A program made the translations under genes and the position numbers. From the NCBI GenBank assembly GCA_963832525.1, contig CAWHUC010000002.1:5563-69562 (forward strand): a DNA stretch of 64,000 nt, given 5' to 3'. This stretch comes from an uncultured Pseudomonadota bacterium. GTDB lineage: Bacteria > Pseudomonadota > Alphaproteobacteria > Acetobacterales > Acetobacteraceae. The notes below the pieces were generated by a model that did no database searches, was not told the origin of the DNA, and worked only from the letters and a program-made list of their open reading frames with translations. Below, in pieces: positions 40,582 through 50,669 of this stretch. Position 1 is the stretch's first letter. Every line of letters starts with the position of its first letter.

Positions 40582-41675
40582 TGCCGCAATACCTCGACTC
40601 GCTCGTCGTCCTTGTTCTCCTGCTGCTGTTGCTGTTTTCCATTCTCCGCTCGGCGCTGCGCATCGTGCCGCAGCAGCAGTCCTGGGTGGTGGAGCGGCTC
40701 GGCAAGTTCCACCGCGTGCTGCCGCCCGGGCTGAGCTTCGTCGCCCCGTTCCTCGATCGGGTGGCGTTCCGCTTCGATATCCGCGAAATGCCGACCGAGG
40801 TGGCGCCGCAGGTCTGCATCTCGCTCGACAACACCACCCTGACCGTGGACGGGTTCCTCTATTTGCAGATCACCGACCCGGTGAAGGCCGCCTACGGGTC
40901 GTCCAGCCCGATGAACGCGGCGATGCAGCTCGCACAGACCACGATGCGCTCGGAGATCGGCAAGCTGCATCTGGATCAGGCGCTGTCCTCGCGCCAGTTG
41001 CTGAACGCGGCGGTGGCGACCTCGGTGGACGAGGCGGCGGTGAACTGGGGCATCAAGGTGCTGCGCTACGAGATCAAGGACATCAACCCGCCGCCGGAAA
41101 TCCTGCGCGCGATGGAATTGCAGATCACCGCCGAGCGCGAGAAGCGGGCGACGATCGCGCGGTCGGAAGGCCAGCGCCAGCAGCAGATCAACACCTCCGA
41201 AGGCCAGCGCCAGCAGGACATCAACGTCGCCGACGGCCGTCGCCAGGCCGAAGTGCTGCGCGCCGAGGGCGAGGCGAAGGCGATCGAGCTGGTCGCCACC
41301 GCGACCGCGGCGGCGATCCGTACCATCGGCGAGAGCGCGGTGACGGACGGCGGCATGGCGGCGCTGCAGATGCAGCTCGCGAAGGATTTCATCGGCCAGT
41401 GGGGCAATCTGGCGCGGCAGGCGACGACGATGATCATCCCGGCCGATCTCGGCAATATCGGCGCAGTGGTCGGCACGGCGTTGCAGATGGTCCGCGGCGA
41501 GCCGCGTTCCGGCAGGGGGATGGCGGGAACACCGGCGGCGCCAGGGGCTGCGATGTCAGGGGCCACGGGATCAGGGGCCGCGGGGTCGGGAGCCTCGGCG
41601 CGCACGGGCCTTGGCCCCATGGCCTTCGGGACCGCGGCGGGCGCGCCCGTGACGTCGGTGCCGCCCGCCGGATAG
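40578..41675 (+). CDS. SPFH/band-7 (stomatin-like, QmcA-type) protein
   Basis: ALRIVPQQQSWVVERLGKFHRVLPPGLSFVAPFLDRV...LRYEIKDINPPPEILRAMELQITAEREKRA. Confidence 0.9.
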   Translation: MMPQYLDSLVVLVLLLLLLFSILRSALRIVPQQQSWVVERLGKFHRVLPPGLSFVAPFLDRVAFRFDIREMPTEVAPQVCISLDNTTLTVDGFLYLQITDPVKAAYGSSSPMNAAMQLAQTTMRSEIGKLHLDQALSSRQLLNAAVATSVDEAAVNWGIKVLRYEIKDINPPPEILRAMELQITAEREKRATIARSEGQRQQQINTSEGQRQQDINVADGRRQAEVLRAEGEAKAIELVATATAAAIRTIGESAVTDGGMAALQMQLAKDFIGQWGNLARQATTMIIPADLGNIGAVVGTALQMVRGEPRSGRGMAGTPAAPGAAMSGATGSGAAGSGASARTGLGPMAFGTAAGAPVTSVPPAG

Positions 41676-41756
41676 GGGCCGGACCGGCGGCGAAGCGCCA
41701 CCGCCCGCCTTCACCAGAATGTTGCGGGCAGGCCGTTCCGGGCGGGACGTTCCGGG

Positions 41757-42182
41757 TCAACCGCTGAAATCGGCCAGCAGGACCGTCGGGATCGCCGTCC
41801 CCACGAGCTTGCGCAGCAGCCGCGCGTCCGCGGTCACGAAGACCCGCCCGGTCGTCTCCGCCAGCGCGAGATAGACGGCGTCACAGGCCGGATGATCGAG
41901 CGCGATCGCCAGCGCCAGCGCCCGATCAAGCAGCCGGCGCATCGGGATCAGGTCGATATCCACCCGCTCCAGCAGCCGCGCCGCCAGGGACGCCTCGCGC
42001 GGCGCGAGTTCACCCAGCCGCACCTTGCGCCACAGGATGTTGGCGCATTCGGCCACCAGCAGGTCGGGCGCGCAGAGCGCATGGCCACGCAACCGAAGCG
42101 CCTGCTCCGTGCCGTGTTCGGCAACCACCCATTTGATCGCGACGCTGGCGTCGATGACGTATGCGGCCCCGGGGACAACCAT
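41757..42182 (-). CDS. vapC: PIN-domain toxin VapC
   Basis: 141 aa MVVPGAAYVIDASVAIKWVV...DLLVAECANILWRK...DAVYLALAETTGRVFVTADARL (PIN acidic residues). Confidence 0.85.
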   Translation of the reverse strand: MVVPGAAYVIDASVAIKWVVAEHGTEQALRLRGHALCAPDLLVAECANILWRKVRLGELAPREASLAARLLERVDIDLIPMRRLLDRALALAIALDHPACDAVYLALAETTGRVFVTADARLLRKLVGTAIPTVLLADFSG

Positions 42183-42196
42183 CGGGGCGGGCGCGC

Positions 42197-42436
42197 TCAG
42201 CGTGCGTCCCGCGCCTCCCGCAGCAGATCCTCGGACGCCGTGTGGCGGCGGCCGGCGGTCATGGCGCGCAGTTCGGCGGCGAGGTCGTCGAACCCGGCCT
42301 CGGCCTCCCCGGCCAGGCTGGCACGCAGGATCTCGCGCACCTCCGCTTCGGCCGAGCGGCCGTGCGCGGCGGCCCGCCGCTTCAGGCGGCCGATGGTCTC
42401 GGGGTCCAGATTGCGCACGCTCAGGCTCGTGGACAT
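42197..42436 (-). CDS. vapB: ribbon-helix-helix antitoxin (FitA/VapB, Arc-type)
   Basis: 79 aa MSTSLSVRNLDPETIGRLKRRAAAHGRSAEAEVREILRASL; ends 14 nt upstream of vapC. Confidence 0.8.
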   Translation of the reverse strand: MSTSLSVRNLDPETIGRLKRRAAAHGRSAEAEVREILRASLAGEAEAGFDDLAAELRAMTAGRRHTASEDLLREARDAR

Positions 42437-42546
42437 GCCAAGGCTCCCTCGTTGGAACGCAAGCAATGATGGCGTTGCCCGCAGCCGGGTGCAAGCCCGA
42501 CCACCCCCTGGCGACGGCCGCCCCCTCCCGCAACCAACCGGGAGAA

Positions 42547-42728
42547 GCAGCAATTCTCGTTTTGCCGGGCATGAGCGCATGACCAGGGCACGCGGCGGGA
42601 AGCAGGTTCCACCACGGCGGCACGGAGAAGGGGCGGGAGTCCGCGGCGGCGGCCTTCTCCGTGCCGCCTTGGCGGAACCTGCTTTTGCGTTTCGCCCGCC
42701 CCTTCGCCGGCAAAACGAGAATTGCTGC
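42547..42728. repeat. 182-bp palindromic repeat element, copy 1
   Basis: GCAGCAATTCTCGTTTTGCCGG...CCGGCAAAACGAGAATTGCTGC termini plus the inner arms GGAAGCAGGTTCCACCACGGCGGCACGGAGAAGG / CCTTCTCCGTGCCGCCTTGGCGGAACCTGCTTT. Confidence 0.8.
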
Positions 42729-42806
42729 CGGATACTGACCCAAGCCCTCCGGGGAGGAGCTAAGTTCGATATCGTAACAATAAGCTCGCGCGTCCGCCGC
42801 ACCCGC

Positions 42807-43523
42807 TCAGCCCGGAATTTGCGACCCATCCCCCAGGGTCAGCCCCGCGCACCCGCGCCAGACCGGCCGCTTGTCCCGCCCGCCCGCGGCGGGCAGGCAC
42901 CACAGCGCGAGAATGTCCGCCACGGAAACGGCCTTCGCGCGCGCAGCGGCGTAGTCGGCCGCCGCCGCCTCGGCGTCCGCGCGCCCGCCGGGCACCACGA
43001 TCACCGGCCAGCGCCGCCGCCGCGAGGCGGGCAGCAGCGCGCGATCCACCCCGAGCATCCAGCCAAGCGGGCGCAGGATCGGCCCCAGCCTTGGATCGGC
43101 CGCCAGCATGTCCTGCATCGCCGGCTCGCGCAGCAGGTCTTCCATCTGCGCGCGGCCGGCGGCGACTTGCGGGGCCAGCCGCAGCAGCCAGCGCCAGGAC
43201 CGCGGCAGTCCGGTGCGTTCGGGCGGCGGGTCCGCTGGAGCGAAGCGCAAGCTGTGGGTGGGAACGAATCTCGGTTCGACCGGCTTGGGGGCGGGCTTCG
43301 GGGGCGGGATCGGGGTGGAGGCGACGGCGCGGAACCGGGCGGCGAGATGGCGCAGCCGGGCGAGCAGGGCGCCGGCGTACGCGGGTTCCAGGCCCGCCTG
43401 ATCGCGCCCCGCCCGATGGGCCCCCGCCTGATCGCGCTCCGCCGGATCGCGCAAGCCACCGATGCGGTCGGCCAGCCAGGCGATGAGGCTGGTCAGACGG
43501 TCGAGGAGGGGGGTGGGGGTCAT
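42807..43523 (-). CDS. hypothetical protein (Pro/Ala/Arg-rich, 238 aa)
   Basis: ORF from ATG 43521-43523: MTPTPLLDRLTSLIAWLADRIG...WRWLLRLAPQVAAGRAQMEDLLREPAMQDMLAADPRLGPILRPLGWMLGV. No known domain recognised; bracketed by the two palindromic repeats. Confidence 0.5.
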   Translation of the reverse strand: MTPTPLLDRLTSLIAWLADRIGGLRDPAERDQAGAHRAGRDQAGLEPAYAGALLARLRHLAARFRAVASTPIPPPKPAPKPVEPRFVPTHSLRFAPADPPPERTGLPRSWRWLLRLAPQVAAGRAQMEDLLREPAMQDMLAADPRLGPILRPLGWMLGVDRALLPASRRRRWPVIVVPGGRADAEAAAADYAAARAKAVSVADILALWCLPAAGGRDKRPVWRGCAGLTLGDGSQIPG

Positions 43524-43581
43524 GGGCTGCGAACAAATATAGAACATATGCCCGGGGCGAGGCAACAGGTTTGTGCGGGCG

Positions 43582-43797
43582 GCAGCAATTCTGATTTTGC
43601 CACGCATGCGCGCATGACCGGGGCGCGCGGCAGGAAGCAAGGTCCACCACGGAGACACGGAGACACGGAGAAGGGTAGGGAGTCCGCGGCGGCGGCCTTC
43701 TCCGTGCCTCCGTGCCTCCGTGCCTCCGTGGTGGACCTTGCTTTTGCGTTTCGCCGGCCCCCTCGCCGGCAAAACGAGAAGTGCTGCGGGAGAAGAA
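43582..43797. repeat. 216-bp palindromic repeat element, copy 2 (same orientation as copy 1)
   Basis: GCAGCAATTCTGATTTTGCC...GGCAAAACGAGAAGTGCTGC. Alignable along its length with 42547-42728, with an expanded CACGGAGA/CTCCGTGC core. Confidence 0.8.
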
Positions 43798-43885
43798 CGC
43801 AGGCTCGCACCAGCGTCGCGCGCGTGTATCCTGTCCGCTCTGCCGCCGCCGCCGCGGACGGCCGCCGCCCCCGCCGCGAGATGCC

Positions 43886-44836
43886 ATGACCCACGCCGAC
43901 CTGCTGCTCGTCCTGCTCGCCCTGGCTTTCGCCTGGAGCATGGGTGCCCACTACACCGGCGCCTGCATGGGCATGCCCTACGCCTCCGGGAGCATCCGGC
44001 TGCGCCCGGCGCTGGCCTTGATGGCGGTGTTCACCCTGGCGGGCGCGACCTTCCTCAGCCGGCGGGTGCTCGTGCATATCGGGCACGGACTGCTGGTCGC
44101 GCCGGCGCTCGGCGCCGGGCCGGCGATCCTGATCCTGGCGGCGGCCTTCCTGCTCACCACCCTGTTCACCCAGCGGCGCATTCCGACCTCCACCATCCAG
44201 ATCCTGGTGTTCTGCATCGCCGGCGTCGGCATGGCGCTGGGGCTGGCGGTGCGCTGGGACGCGATCCTGCATCTTGCGGTGATCTGGGTACTGGCCCCGA
44301 TCGTGGCCTGCGGGCTGGGTTTCGCCTTCACCCGGCTGTTCGACGCGCTGCCGGCCTTCGCTGCCGCCGAGGCCACCGGCGCCATCGGCACCGCCCTGGT
44401 CGTGGTCGGCGCCGCGGCCTCACTGACGATGGGCGCCAACGACGTCTCCAACGCGACCGCTGTGTTCCTGACCACCGGGTTCTCCGGCCCGTTCGCCGCC
44501 GGGCTGATCGGCGGGGTGGGGCTGGCCGCCGGGGTGCTCACCTGGGGACGGCCGCTGCTGGAACGGGTCGCGTTCGACGTCGTGCGCATGGACCGGCGGA
44601 TGGCGACCGCGGCGCAGCTCGTGCAGGCGCTGGTGGTGCTGACGGCGGTGGGGTTCGGCGACTTCACCTCGATGAACCAGGCGCTGATCGGGGCGATGGC
44701 CGGAGCGGGGCTGGCGCGCGGACGGGAGACGGTGCGCCGGCCGGTGCTGCTCGGCATTCTGCGCGGCTGGGCGATCGGCCCGGCGGCGGGGTTCGCGCTG
44801 GGCTACGGGTTCGGGCTGGCCGCCCGGTTGTGGTGA
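43886..44836 (+). CDS. inorganic phosphate transporter, PiT (PHO4) family
   Basis: Polytopic; FAWSMGAHYTGACMG and SLTMGANDVSNA PiT signature repeats. Confidence 0.75.
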   Translation: MTHADLLLVLLALAFAWSMGAHYTGACMGMPYASGSIRLRPALALMAVFTLAGATFLSRRVLVHIGHGLLVAPALGAGPAILILAAAFLLTTLFTQRRIPTSTIQILVFCIAGVGMALGLAVRWDAILHLAVIWVLAPIVACGLGFAFTRLFDALPAFAAAEATGAIGTALVVVGAAASLTMGANDVSNATAVFLTTGFSGPFAAGLIGGVGLAAGVLTWGRPLLERVAFDVVRMDRRMATAAQLVQALVVLTAVGFGDFTSMNQALIGAMAGAGLARGRETVRRPVLLGILRGWAIGPAAGFALGYGFGLAARLW

Positions 44837-44843
44837 GCGCGGC

Positions 44844-45535
44844 TCAACGGCGGATGAAGCGCCAATAGAGCGGCTGGCGGCCGGCGCGCAGCGCCTTCGC
44901 CTCATAGCGCGTCGGCGGCCAGTCCGCCGGCCGCGCCGCGGCCGGCGCCGGAGCGTCGAACCAGGGCTGTGCCGCCATCACCGTCCGCACCCACGCCTGG
45001 TAGGTCGGATCGTCGCTCGCCACCCGCCACTCCGCGCCCGGGCCGCAGCACCCGCGCCAGCGTCGGGCAGCAGCGCGGGATGCACGAAGCGGCGCTTGGC
45101 GTGGCGCGCCTTCGGCCAGGGGTCGGGAAACAGCAGGAACAGCCGGTCGAGGCAGGCGTCCGGCAGCGCCCGCAGCAGCAGCCGCGCGTCGTCGGGTCCA
45201 GAGCCGCAGGTTGGGCGGCAGCGGCGCGGTGGCCTCGCCGCCTTCCGGGACCAGGCGCGACAGCAGCGAGCAGATGCCGTTCTCGAACACCTCGCAGGCG
45301 ATCAGCCCGGCCTCGGGATGCGCGGCGACCTGCGCCAGCGCGTGCTCGCCGCCGCCGAAGCCGACTTCCAGCCACAGGGCGCGCGGACGAGGCGCGAAGG
45401 CCCCGAGCGGGATCGGCCGCCGCTGCCGGCGGGAAACGCCAGCCGCGGCAGCGTCACGTCCAGCAGCAGTTGCTGGCGCGGCCGCAGCTTGTGGCCGCGG
45501 GCGCGGCCGTACAGCCGGTCGGGCGGCGGTTTCAC
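44844..45535 (-). CDS. trmB: tRNA (guanine-N7)-methyltransferase TrmB (about 4 frame breaks)
   Basis: The pieces lie in three frames: [32 protein letters not shown] / [28 protein letters not shown]...[12 protein letters not shown]...LRLW / [43 protein letters not shown] / TLARVLRPG / [15 protein letters not shown]...RYEAKA. Breaks fall near 45415, 45195, 45066 and 45038, the last three in C/G runs. Confidence 0.85.
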
Positions 45536-45560
45536 GCCCCAGGCCAGGCGGCGGTCGGCG

Positions 45561-46754
45561 TCAGCGGCCGAAGGCCGCCTTCAGCGCCGGCACCAGGTCG
45601 GTCTTTTCCCAGGTGAAGGTGCCCTTCTCCTCGTCCGGCTCGCGGCCGAAATGGCCATAGGCCGAGGTGGGCACATAGATCGGCCGGTTCAGGTGCAGGT
45701 GCTCGCGGATGCCGCGCGGCGTCAGGTTCATCACTTCGCGCAGCACCTTCTCCAGCCGCGTCTCGTCGACGTCCTTGCCGGTGCCCTGCAGGTCGACATA
45801 CACCGACAGCGGGTGGGAAACGCCGATCGCGTAGCTGATCTGGATGGTGCAGCGGTCGGCCAGCCCCGCGGCGACCACGTTCTTCGCCAGGTAGCGGCAG
45901 GCATAGGCGGCGGAGCGGTCCACCTTGGTCGGGTCCTTGCCGCTGAACGCGCCGCCGCCATGCGGGGCGGCGCCGCCATAGGTGTCGACGATGATCTTGC
46001 GCCCGGTCAGGCCGCAATCGCCGTCCGGCCCGCCGATCACGAACTTGCCGGTCGGGTTCACGTGGAACTCCGCCTCGGGCGGCATCCAGCCGTGCGGCAG
46101 CGTGCTCTCGACGATCGGCCAGCAGCATGCGCTTGATCTCGGCCTGCTCCAGCGTCCTCACGTGCTGGGTGGAGACCACGACGCGAGGTGGCGCCGACCG
46201 GCTTGCCGTCGACGTAGCGCAGCGTGACCTGGCTCTTGGCGTCGGGCAGCAGGCCGGCGACCGAGGGGTCGCTGGATGCGGCGGCAGGTCGCGGATGCGG
46301 CGCAGGATCACGTGGGCGTAGTAGATCGGCGCCGGCATCAGCGTCGCGGTCTCGCGGCAGGCGTAGCCGAACATGATGCCCTGGTCGCCGGCGCCCTCGT
46401 CCTTGTTGCCGCCGGCATCCACGCCCTGGGCGATGTCGGCGGACTGCGAGTGCAGGTGGCAGTGCGATGTCGGCGGTCTTCCAGTGAAAGCCCGGCCTGG
46501 TCGTAGCCGATGTCGTGGATGGCCATGCGGGCGAGATGGGTCAGCAGTTCGGGCGTGACCGTCTCCGGGCCGCGGGTCTCGCCGGCCAGCACCACGCGGT
46601 TGGTGGTGACCAGCGTCTCGCAGGCCACGCGGGAATAGGGATCGGCGGCGAGGAAGGCGTCCAGCACCGTGTCGCTGATCCGGTCGGCGACCTTGTCGGG
46701 ATGGCCTTCCGAGACGGATTCGGAAGTGAACAGGAATTCGCCCGTGTCGCGCAT
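45561..46754 (-). CDS. metK: S-adenosylmethionine synthetase (about 5 frame breaks)
   Basis: [28 protein letters not shown]... / [10 protein letters not shown] / [38 protein letters not shown]... / [30 protein letters not shown] / VVVSTQH...EIKRMLL / [49 protein letters not shown]...; breaks near 46492, 46458, 46286, 46184 and 46119. Confidence 0.9.
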
Positions 46755-47101
46755 GGCATGTTCCTCTTGTCGCGGCTGTGGGTGGGCGGGCACGCGGGAG
46801 CCGGCCGCCGCCCCGGGCGGGGTGCCGGGGGCGGGCCTGATTGGCGGAAACCCTTGGATCGGTCAAGCGCGTTGCGTTACGTCGCGAGGCGGAATCTGGC
46901 CGGACCGCCGACACCCTGCGGGACCACCGCGTCGGTATTGTGCAAATGGGCCAAAGCAGCCCGGCGCTGACGCGGCGAAATGTACGTTTGGTGGGCCGCG
47001 CGGGGCAGGAATGTACGGCTGCCGGCATGGATGTGCTCATGGCGGGACTGCTCCCGCATGGACACCCGCCGGCGCAGCCGGACGCGCGGAGGTGGCGGCG
47101 G

Positions 47102-47880
47102 TCAGCCCATGCCCAGCACGTCCATCATGGAATGCAGACCCGGCCGGCCGCCCGGCCACCCACAGCGCCGCGCGCACCGCGCCCGTCGGCGAAGCGCGGC
47201 GGTCGAAGGCGCGGTGGGTGAGCGCGATGTGCTCGGTGGCGGCGGCGAAGATCAGCGTGTGCTCGCCGACCACCTGCCCGCCGCGCAGCGCGGCGAAGCC
47301 GATCGCACCCGGCTTGCGCGGGCCGGTATGGCCGTGCCGTCCGCTCTCCATCACCTCCTCCAGCACGACCCCGCGGCCCTTCGCGACCGCCCGGCCGATG
47401 CCGATCGCGGTGCCGGACGGCGCATCGACCTTCTGGCGGTGGTGCATCTCGACGATTTCGGCATCGTACTGCTTCGGCCGGCAGCGCCGCAGCCATCCGC
47501 TCGGCCAGCGCCAGCACGAGGTTCACCCCGGCGGAGAAATTCGCCGCATAGACCACCGGGATGCGCTGCGCCGCCGCCGCGACCGCCGCCTCGTCCGCCG
47601 CCGATAGGCCGGAGGTGCCGAGCACCCAGGCGGTGCCCGCCGCGGCCAGGGCCGCGGCATGCGCCTGCGGCGGTCGCGGCATGGGTGAAGTCGATCACGA
47701 CGTCACAGGCGGCGGCGAGCGCGGCAATATCCGCATGCAGCTTCGCGCCGGCGGGGACGGGGCGAGCGGAGCCGGGGCTGCCGATGCCGCCGGCGAGCAC
47801 CGCGCCGGCAGCGGGCACCGCCTCGACCAGCAGGCCCCCCATCCGGCCGGTGATGCCGGCGATACCGATGCGAAGGGTCA
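47102..47880 (-). CDS. dapB: 4-hydroxy-tetrahydrodipicolinate reductase (about 3 frame breaks)
   Basis: [16 protein letters not shown]...DVVIDFTH / [21 protein letters not shown]...[26 protein letters not shown] / [27 protein letters not shown]...[28 protein letters not shown] / [16 protein letters not shown]; breaks near 47670, 47498 and 47155. Confidence 0.85.
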
Positions 47881-48391
47881 TTGCTGCGCTCCCGCGATAG
47901 GGGTTTCCCTTGCGCGATCCTGCGGGCGGCGGCCGCGCACGTCCAGCGGCGCCCGGACGACACGCGGACATGCGGGGCCGACCGAGGCAAGCTGCCGGAC
48001 GGCCGCGAAAGGTATGGTTCCATAGCGTGTCTTCATCGTTCGTATCAAAGCCGCCGAACGGGACCCGACGCCGCCCCGACCGCAGGGCGACCGGCGCAGT
48101 CCCGTGCGAAACGATCTGACAACGCGCCCGCGGCGCAGGTATCCGCACCCGCCGACCCCACGCGGTCCTTTCCGCCTTTTCCTGCCCGCACCGGGAATAC
48201 ACGCGGCGAGAGCGCCTCGCCTGATGACGAGGCGGGGCGGCGCAATCCGGTTGAACCCGCCGCGGCGATCGGTCATGCTGGTGTCGAGCGGCCAGCGGAA
48301 TTGTACCGCACCGCAGCAAAAGACGGCCGGCGCCACCATGGTGCCACTCCGCGCTGCACGCACGTCAAACGATCGCTCCCTGGGAGGGGAC

Positions 48392-49720
48392 ATGCAACAA
48401 GAACAGACGATGACCGGTACCCTGGGCTGGGTCAGGGGTTTCAGCCGATACCAATGGCTGGTTTTCATGGCCTGCTGGCTGGGGTGGACCCTCGATGGAA
48501 CCAATTTTACCCTGTTCGCCTTCGTATTGAAGCCGGCGGTCACCGAGCTGGTCGGCGGCACCGCCTCCGTCGCGGTGATCGGGCGGGTCGGCGGTTACCT
48601 CGCGATGGCGGGGCTGCTCGGCTGGGCGGCCGGCGGCTTCATCTTCGGCACCGTCGCCGACTACATCGGCCGGGTGCGCACGCTCGCGATCAGCATCGCC
48701 ATGTACAGCGTGTTCACGGCGCTGCAGGGCTTCTCCCACACTCTCTGGCAGCTCGGGCTGTTCCGCTTCCTGGGCGGGCTCGGCACCGGGGCCGAACTGG
48801 TGGTAGGCATCCCGCTGGTGGCCGAGGCCTTCGCCGAGAATTCGCGCGCGCGCGTGCTCGGGCTCATGATGACCGGGGCGGCGTTCGGCAACCTGCTGGC
48901 GGCGCAGGAATACCACTTCCTCGCCGCCTACGGCTGGCGGGTGGTGTTCTTCTCGGGCATCCTGCCCGCCCTGCTGCTGCTGCTGATCCGGCGCGGCATG
49001 ATCGAGCCCGAGCACTTCTCCGCGGTGCGCGCCCGGCGGGAGGCGCTGGCCGCCGCCAAGCACCACAGCGAGGCCGATCGCGAGTTCATGCGCTTCTCCT
49101 GGTTGCAGTTGTTCAACCGGGAGAACCGCTACAACACGATGGTCGGTCTGCTGTTCGCGACCGGCACCCTGCTCGCGATCTGGACCAGCCAGATCTGGTT
49201 GCCGACGATCCAGGGGATCATGCTGCACAAGCAGGGCATCGTCGGCGGTGCGGCCGTTCCCTACATCACGCTCGGCATGGAGATGTTCGGCATCGGCGGC
49301 ATCTTCGGCTACGCCGCCTTCGGGTTCCTCGCCGACGCGCTGGGCCGGCGGCCGACGATCATCCTCTACAGCCTCGGCACCCTGGTGTTCGGCTGCGGGC
49401 TCTATCTCGGCGCCAGCACCTGGGGACCCTATCCTTATATGCTGCCGCTGTTCGGCTTCTGCGTGTTCGGCGTCTTCTCGGGTCACGCGGTCTACCTGCC
49501 GGAGCTGTTCCCCACCCACATGCGCGGCACCGCGGTCGCGTTCTGCAACGGGTCGGGGCGCTGCATCACGAGCTTCGGGCCGCTGGTGGCGGGGCTGCTG
49601 GTCGCACCCTTCGGCGGCAACTTCGCCAAGGCGGCGGCGGTGATGACCGGCTTCGCGCTGCTCAGCATCATCGGCGTACTGATGGGGCGGGAGACCAGGC
49701 ATATCGAACTGCCGCGCTGA
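48392..49720 (+). CDS. MFS transporter
   Basis: 442 aa from ATG 48392 (GGGAGGGGA RBS). 12-helix pattern, WLGWTLDGTNFTLFAF..., RFLGGLGTGAE, GRRPTIILYSLG motifs of sugar/aromatic-acid-type MFS. Confidence 0.8.
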   Translation: MQQEQTMTGTLGWVRGFSRYQWLVFMACWLGWTLDGTNFTLFAFVLKPAVTELVGGTASVAVIGRVGGYLAMAGLLGWAAGGFIFGTVADYIGRVRTLAISIAMYSVFTALQGFSHTLWQLGLFRFLGGLGTGAELVVGIPLVAEAFAENSRARVLGLMMTGAAFGNLLAAQEYHFLAAYGWRVVFFSGILPALLLLLIRRGMIEPEHFSAVRARREALAAAKHHSEADREFMRFSWLQLFNRENRYNTMVGLLFATGTLLAIWTSQIWLPTIQGIMLHKQGIVGGAAVPYITLGMEMFGIGGIFGYAAFGFLADALGRRPTIILYSLGTLVFGCGLYLGASTWGPYPYMLPLFGFCVFGVFSGHAVYLPELFPTHMRGTAVAFCNGSGRCITSFGPLVAGLLVAPFGGNFAKAAAVMTGFALLSIIGVLMGRETRHIELPR

Positions 49721-49741
49721 CCCCGGCGCGATTCCGGGTTC

Positions 49742-49773
49742 GGGGGTGGCCGGCGGCCGCCCCCGCTTTTCTG
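49742..49773 (+). terminator. intrinsic terminator after the MFS gene
   Basis: GGGGGTGGCC-GGC-GGCCGCCCCC 10-bp stem (one G-U pair) followed by GCTTTTCTG. Confidence 0.5.
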
Positions 49774-49818
49774 TGCCGCACGTGTTTTTTGTGCCCTTCG
49801 TGCAGGCGGAGGGCGCGG

Positions 49819-50415
49819 TCAGGCGCCGGCGCGGAAGCAGTCCGCCGCGTGGTCGTCGACCAGGCCGGCAGCCTGCATGAAGGCATAGCAGATCGTCGGG
49901 CCAACGAAACGGAATCCGCGGCCCCGCAGCTCCCGGCTCAGCCGTTCCGAAATCACAGTCCGCGCCGGCGGAGCGGCGCCGGCGCGGCGGGTCACGATCG
50001 GGCGGCCGGCGACGAAGGACCAGATGAACGCATCGAGGCTGCCCTCGGCGGCGATCACCGCGCGCGCGGCGCGGGCGTTGTCGCGCACCGAGAACACCTT
50101 CAGCCGGTTGCGGATCACGGCCGCCTCGCGCAGGACCGCTTCCAGCTCGGCATCCGTCATCGCCGCCACACGATCGATGGCGAAGCCGTGGTAGGCTGCG
50201 CGGTAGCCCTCCCGCCGGTCGAGCACGCTGCGCCAGGACAGGCCCGCCTGGGCGCCTTCCAGGCACAGAAGCTCGAACAGCGCACGGTCGTCATGCTCCG
50301 GCACGCCCCATTCGGCGTCATGGTAGGCGCGCAGCGAGTCACTGCCCTCGGCCCAGGCACAGCGGCAGATGCCGGGCGGTGCGGCCGGCGGCGCGGAAGC
50401 GATGGAGGCGGGCAT
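49819..50415 (-). CDS. tag: DNA-3-methyladenine glycosylase I
   Basis: CRCAW...YHDAEWGVPEHDDRALFELLCLEGAQAGLSW...GPTICYAFMQAAGLVDDH...C (Tag zinc-snap Cys/His). Confidence 0.9.
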   Translation of the reverse strand: MPASIASAPPAAPPGICRCAWAEGSDSLRAYHDAEWGVPEHDDRALFELLCLEGAQAGLSWRSVLDRREGYRAAYHGFAIDRVAAMTDAELEAVLREAAVIRNRLKVFSVRDNARAARAVIAAEGSLDAFIWSFVAGRPIVTRRAGAAPPARTVISERLSRELRGRGFRFVGPTICYAFMQAAGLVDDHAADCFRAGA

Positions 50416-50669
50416 GACCTGGATGACCTTGGGGTGACCTTGGGAGGTGTTCGCATCGGGAAATCCGGGCAGGAACGGCGGCGCCGCCCAGGGGGAAGGA
50501 TCGGGGGGAAGGATCGGGGAGCAGCATCAGGGGGCACAGCCTCCCATATGTGCGCGCACACGGCGACCCGGGCGCCGGCATACCGGATACATGGGCAGAA
50601 ACCTTTCCTTAGGGCTTCGGGGCGTGAAATGGGCTCGCTCCGCACCACTCCCGAAACGGTCCTGACGCG

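Noticed and set aside
42547-43797. Composite transposon or integron cassette
   Set aside because: There is no transposase, integrase or attC-like site. The flanking elements are non-coding palindromes, so only a MITE-bracketed cassette hypothesis is retained (see findings).
46755-47101. SAM riboswitch upstream of metK
   Set aside because: I looked for SAM-II/SAM-V-like pseudoknot elements (conserved AAAGCUG-type 3' box with a U-rich strand) on the minus strand. I could not find a convincing match by eye; it would need a covariance-model scan.
47881-48391. Small RNA or leader in the 510-bp dapB/MFS intergenic region
   Set aside because: It contains a few short hairpins (for example CGCCTCGCC-TGATGA-CGAGGCGG), but no promoter/terminator pair or known RNA motif that I can recognise.
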